Shown here: positions 62,062 to 64,000 of the stretch, in pieces
Layout of the letters: each line of letters begins with the position of its first letter
How positions within the stretch are numbered: the first letter of the stretch is position 1
NCBI GenBank assembly: GCA_041659525.1
Contig: JBAZYC010000001.1
Span: forward strand, 653,731 to 717,730
Source of the DNA: an archaeon
GTDB lineage: Archaea > Iainarchaeota > Iainarchaeia > Iainarchaeales > JAAZKV01
Length of the DNA: 64,000 bases
Direction of reading: 5' to 3'
Position numbers and translations under genes: made by a program
The notes under the pieces: generated by a model
What the model saw: only the letters and a program-made list of their open reading frames with translations
Told to the model about the DNA's origin: nothing
Databases searched by the model: none

Positions 62062-63408
62062 TTAGAATCTTTTTTTGAATCCGTGACTGGGCTTGCTTGC
62101 ACCCGAGCTATGCGAGGGCTTGTTGAATCTTCCTTTTCCAAAGCTTCTTCCTCTGGTTCTGTCTTGCCCGAATGAAGTTTCACTGTCTCTTGTCCGGTAT
62201 CCTCTGTCTGAGTAACCTTCTTCTCTTTCTGGTCCATAATTTGGTTTACCAAATCTTGGTTTGTCTCTATTCACTGCTTGATTTGTTCCGTGAATCGCTC
62301 TTTTTGTTTCGTAACCTGTTTTTTCTCCGCTATATTCTGAATTAGTATTTCCGTAAGATGGCCTGCCACCATAACTTGGCCTGCTGTAAGATGGTTTACC
62401 ATAACTTGACCTGTCAGCACCTGATCCACCATAAGATGGTCTTGGTGAATTGTATCTTGGTCTGTCAGTACTTGATCCGCCGTAACTAGAATTTCCTTCT
62501 GAACTTCCTCTGTATGGAGCTTTTTGTATCCAATCCCTTGGTGGGCCTCGTGTCTTGTAAGCTTTTCCCATCCCTCTTTTTTGGAAGTATGCTTTTCTTT
62601 CTTCAGGAGAAAATGTTTTGTGTTCTGCAATCGGTTTTTCTTCAGTTTCTTCTGGTGTTGCTCTCCATTCTTTTTTCTTATTTTCTTTATCAAATTGTAA
62701 TTGTCTTCTTTCATTGTTGATTGCGTCGTACTCTAATTCTTTTTGTTCTTGCTTTGCAGTAATTGGTTCTGCGATTAGTGAATCAATTCTTTTTTGCATT
62801 TCTTTTTGAACTTCCGAGGAAGTGTTTTCTCCGCCAAAGTAATCTTGTTTAAGTGCAATAGTTAATTTTCCTGCTATCATTCTTGCTGCTCTTCCTCTTT
62901 TTACTCTTGGAAGTTTTTGCATTAATGGGTGATTGAATAAGTGTCCGTGTTTTGGGCTCTTTGCATTTTTTCTAATGTGTGCAAAAAGAGCTTTTTCTGC
63001 TCCGAGTAATTGTATTGTTGATGCAGGCATCATACATAATCTTTTTTTCGAGCCAGCGCTTGCAAGTAACTTTGCTCCAATTATTGGAGTAGCTAGTACT
63101 GAAAAATTTGGGAACTCTTCATTCATTTCTTTTTCAATAAACAAAGTTAGTTTTTGTTTTTCTTCTTCAATAGTTTTATTGTTTTTTTCAAGTTCTAAGT
63201 ATGATTCTTCTGCTTCTCCTGTGGGTTGACGCATTTTCCATTCAGTAGCATTTTCTTTTAGTAAATTGTTAACAGAATTAAGGTCTTCGAGCAAATTAAC
63301 TGCTTTAATTATGTGAATTTCTTTTCCGGCAAATTTCTCGTTTATTTGGTCTTTTGCCTTTTTTAGCATTTGTTTTCGTAAGAATTCTCTTTGGTCCATA
63401 AGATTCAC
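62062..63408 (-). CDS. nop5: Nop5 (Nop56/58) box C/D RNP core protein with a ~230-aa S/Y/G/R-rich C-terminal tail
   Basis: Nop domain LGAEKALFAHIRKNAKSPKHGHLFNHPLMQ...RGRAARMIAGKLTIALKQDYF. The tail has repeated RPSYGG / SSYG / RG units. Confidence 0.9.
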   Translation of the reverse strand: MNLMDQREFLRKQMLKKAKDQINEKFAGKEIHIIKAVNLLEDLNSVNNLLKENATEWKMRQPTGEAEESYLELEKNNKTIEEEKQKLTLFIEKEMNEEFPNFSVLATPIIGAKLLASAGSKKRLCMMPASTIQLLGAEKALFAHIRKNAKSPKHGHLFNHPLMQKLPRVKRGRAARMIAGKLTIALKQDYFGGENTSSEVQKEMQKRIDSLIAEPITAKQEQKELEYDAINNERRQLQFDKENKKKEWRATPEETEEKPIAEHKTFSPEERKAYFQKRGMGKAYKTRGPPRDWIQKAPYRGSSEGNSSYGGSSTDRPRYNSPRPSYGGSGADRSSYGKPSYSRPSYGGRPSYGNTNSEYSGEKTGYETKRAIHGTNQAVNRDKPRFGKPNYGPEREEGYSDRGYRTRDSETSFGQDRTRGRSFGKGRFNKPSHSSGASKPSHGFKKRF

Positions 63409-63471
63409 TTGTTGTTCTTAGATATTTTTTATTTGTTAATCCTTATAAATAACACTATTTACAAGTATTAT

Positions 63472-64000
63472 ATGACAAGTGTAGTAGCTGTTGTTTTGGC
63501 TCATAATGAAGAAAGGGCGCTACCTAGGACTCTAAGGATTCTTTCGGGTTTTAAGCGAAAAGGGATTATAAGTAACATTATTGTGGTTAATGATGGAAGT
63601 GAAGATAGAACTGCGCTAGTAGCCCAAAAAGCTGGGGCCATTGTTGTTTCTCATGAAAAAAATATGGGAAAAAGAGAGGGGTTCATTAGTGGGGCATTTA
63701 AAGCTAGAGAACTTGGCGCGGATGCTCTAATTTCTCTTGATGCTGATATTCACCAATTTTCAGAAAAAAGTGTAAGAACTCTAATTGAACCCGTAATTAG
63801 TGGCGGAAAATTAATGAGTGTTGGAAGACAATATGAGAAACATACTACAATAGGAGTTGGGCCAATTAAAGCTATTAGAAATCTTTTTTCAAAAAATACC
63901 TCTAGAAAAGTTTCAAGTAGATTAGGTTTTTTAGAAACTTATTATGGGGGAGTGTCTAATTCTTTTTCTACTTTTCCTAGGGCAATAAAACTAACTGCTC
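63472..64000 (+). CDS. Glycosyltransferase family 2 (partial, runs off the window end)
   Basis: VAVVLAHNEE..., VVNDGSEDRT and SLDADI (DxD) are GT-A/GT2 hallmarks. No stop codon before 64000. Confidence 0.7.
   Translation, partial: MTSVVAVVLAHNEERALPRTLRILSGFKRKGIISNIIVVNDGSEDRTALVAQKAGAIVVSHEKNMGKREGFISGAFKARELGADALISLDADIHQFSEKSVRTLIEPVISGGKLMSVGRQYEKHTTIGVGPIKAIRNLFSKNTSRKVSSRLGFLETYYGGVSNSFSTFPRAIKLTA

Noticed and set aside
62055-62809. Alternative-frame ORFs (62055..62252, 62271..62714, 62514..62720, 62618..62809) in the Nop5 tail region
   Set aside because: They are generated by the repetitive S/Y/G/R-coding sequence. The Nop5 frame is continuous from a recognisable Nop domain.
1-64000. 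Window-wide look for CRISPR arrays, rRNA genes, IS transposases, integrases and prophage genes
   Set aside because: I found none by eye. The only mobile-element-like signals are the repeat-flanked cassette (57.1-58.9 kb) and the LAGLIDADG gene, both reported separately.

Overview
This is a visibly AT-rich archaeal chromosomal segment with short, tightly packed genes and a recurrent GGTGA Shine-Dalgarno. The gene content points to a small-genome DPANN-type archaeon: it is dominated by informational genes and includes a class II LysRS and a stand-alone TrpB2. That placement is inference only. No search could be run, and all calls rest on motifs read by eye.

- **1-11.6 kb:** MinD, an Sm protein, a Q/N-rich coiled-coil protein, a PP-loop tRNA thiolase and a GC-enriched candidate ncRNA. 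These are followed by the conserved archaeal exosome/proteasome superoperon: L15e, RNase P Rpp30 and Pop5, PsmA, SBDS, Rrp4, Rrp41, Rrp42, L37Ae, RpoP, Pcc1 and prefoldin beta.
- **11.6-25 kb:** GT4 glycosyltransferase, DHH phosphoesterase, PHP protein, SerRS, V4R protein, GNAT, two paralogous unknowns, a co-oriented TrpRS/TrpB2/tRNA-Trp block, and LysRS.
- **25-47 kb (accessory):** a possible TA-like pair, and a KaiC-like ATPase next to a double V4R protein. A UbiA-like/methyltransferase fusion lies divergent from a GGR-type flavoprotein. The sugar-modification cluster holds GT4, an NDK-like protein, a methyltransferase, radical SAM, DegT, Gfo/Idh/MocA and a GT28-like gene. A nucleotide-pyrophosphatase island (3 Nudix, MazG-like, CYTH) carries a shared palindromic operator.
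- **47-64 kb:** MetRS, an extracytoplasmic thiol-redox-like pair, a beta-CASP RNase, NMD3 and an HTH regulator operon with tandem paralogs. A two-gene cassette is flanked by about 42-bp direct repeats. A long hairpin sequesters the SD and start codon ahead of a free-standing HTH-LAGLIDADG gene. The window ends with an intron-containing tRNA-Arg(CCU), a polyprenol kinase-like gene, fibrillarin, Nop5 and a partial GT2.

The strongest candidate for a new system is at 44.7-47.1 kb. An unannotated 41-aa peptide gene ending in CGGCGGCGGGGTGD sits directly upstream of a radical SAM/SPASM enzyme and a GT4 glycosyltransferase, which looks like an archaeal RiPP-type operon.

No rRNA, CRISPR array, transposase or integrase was seen.
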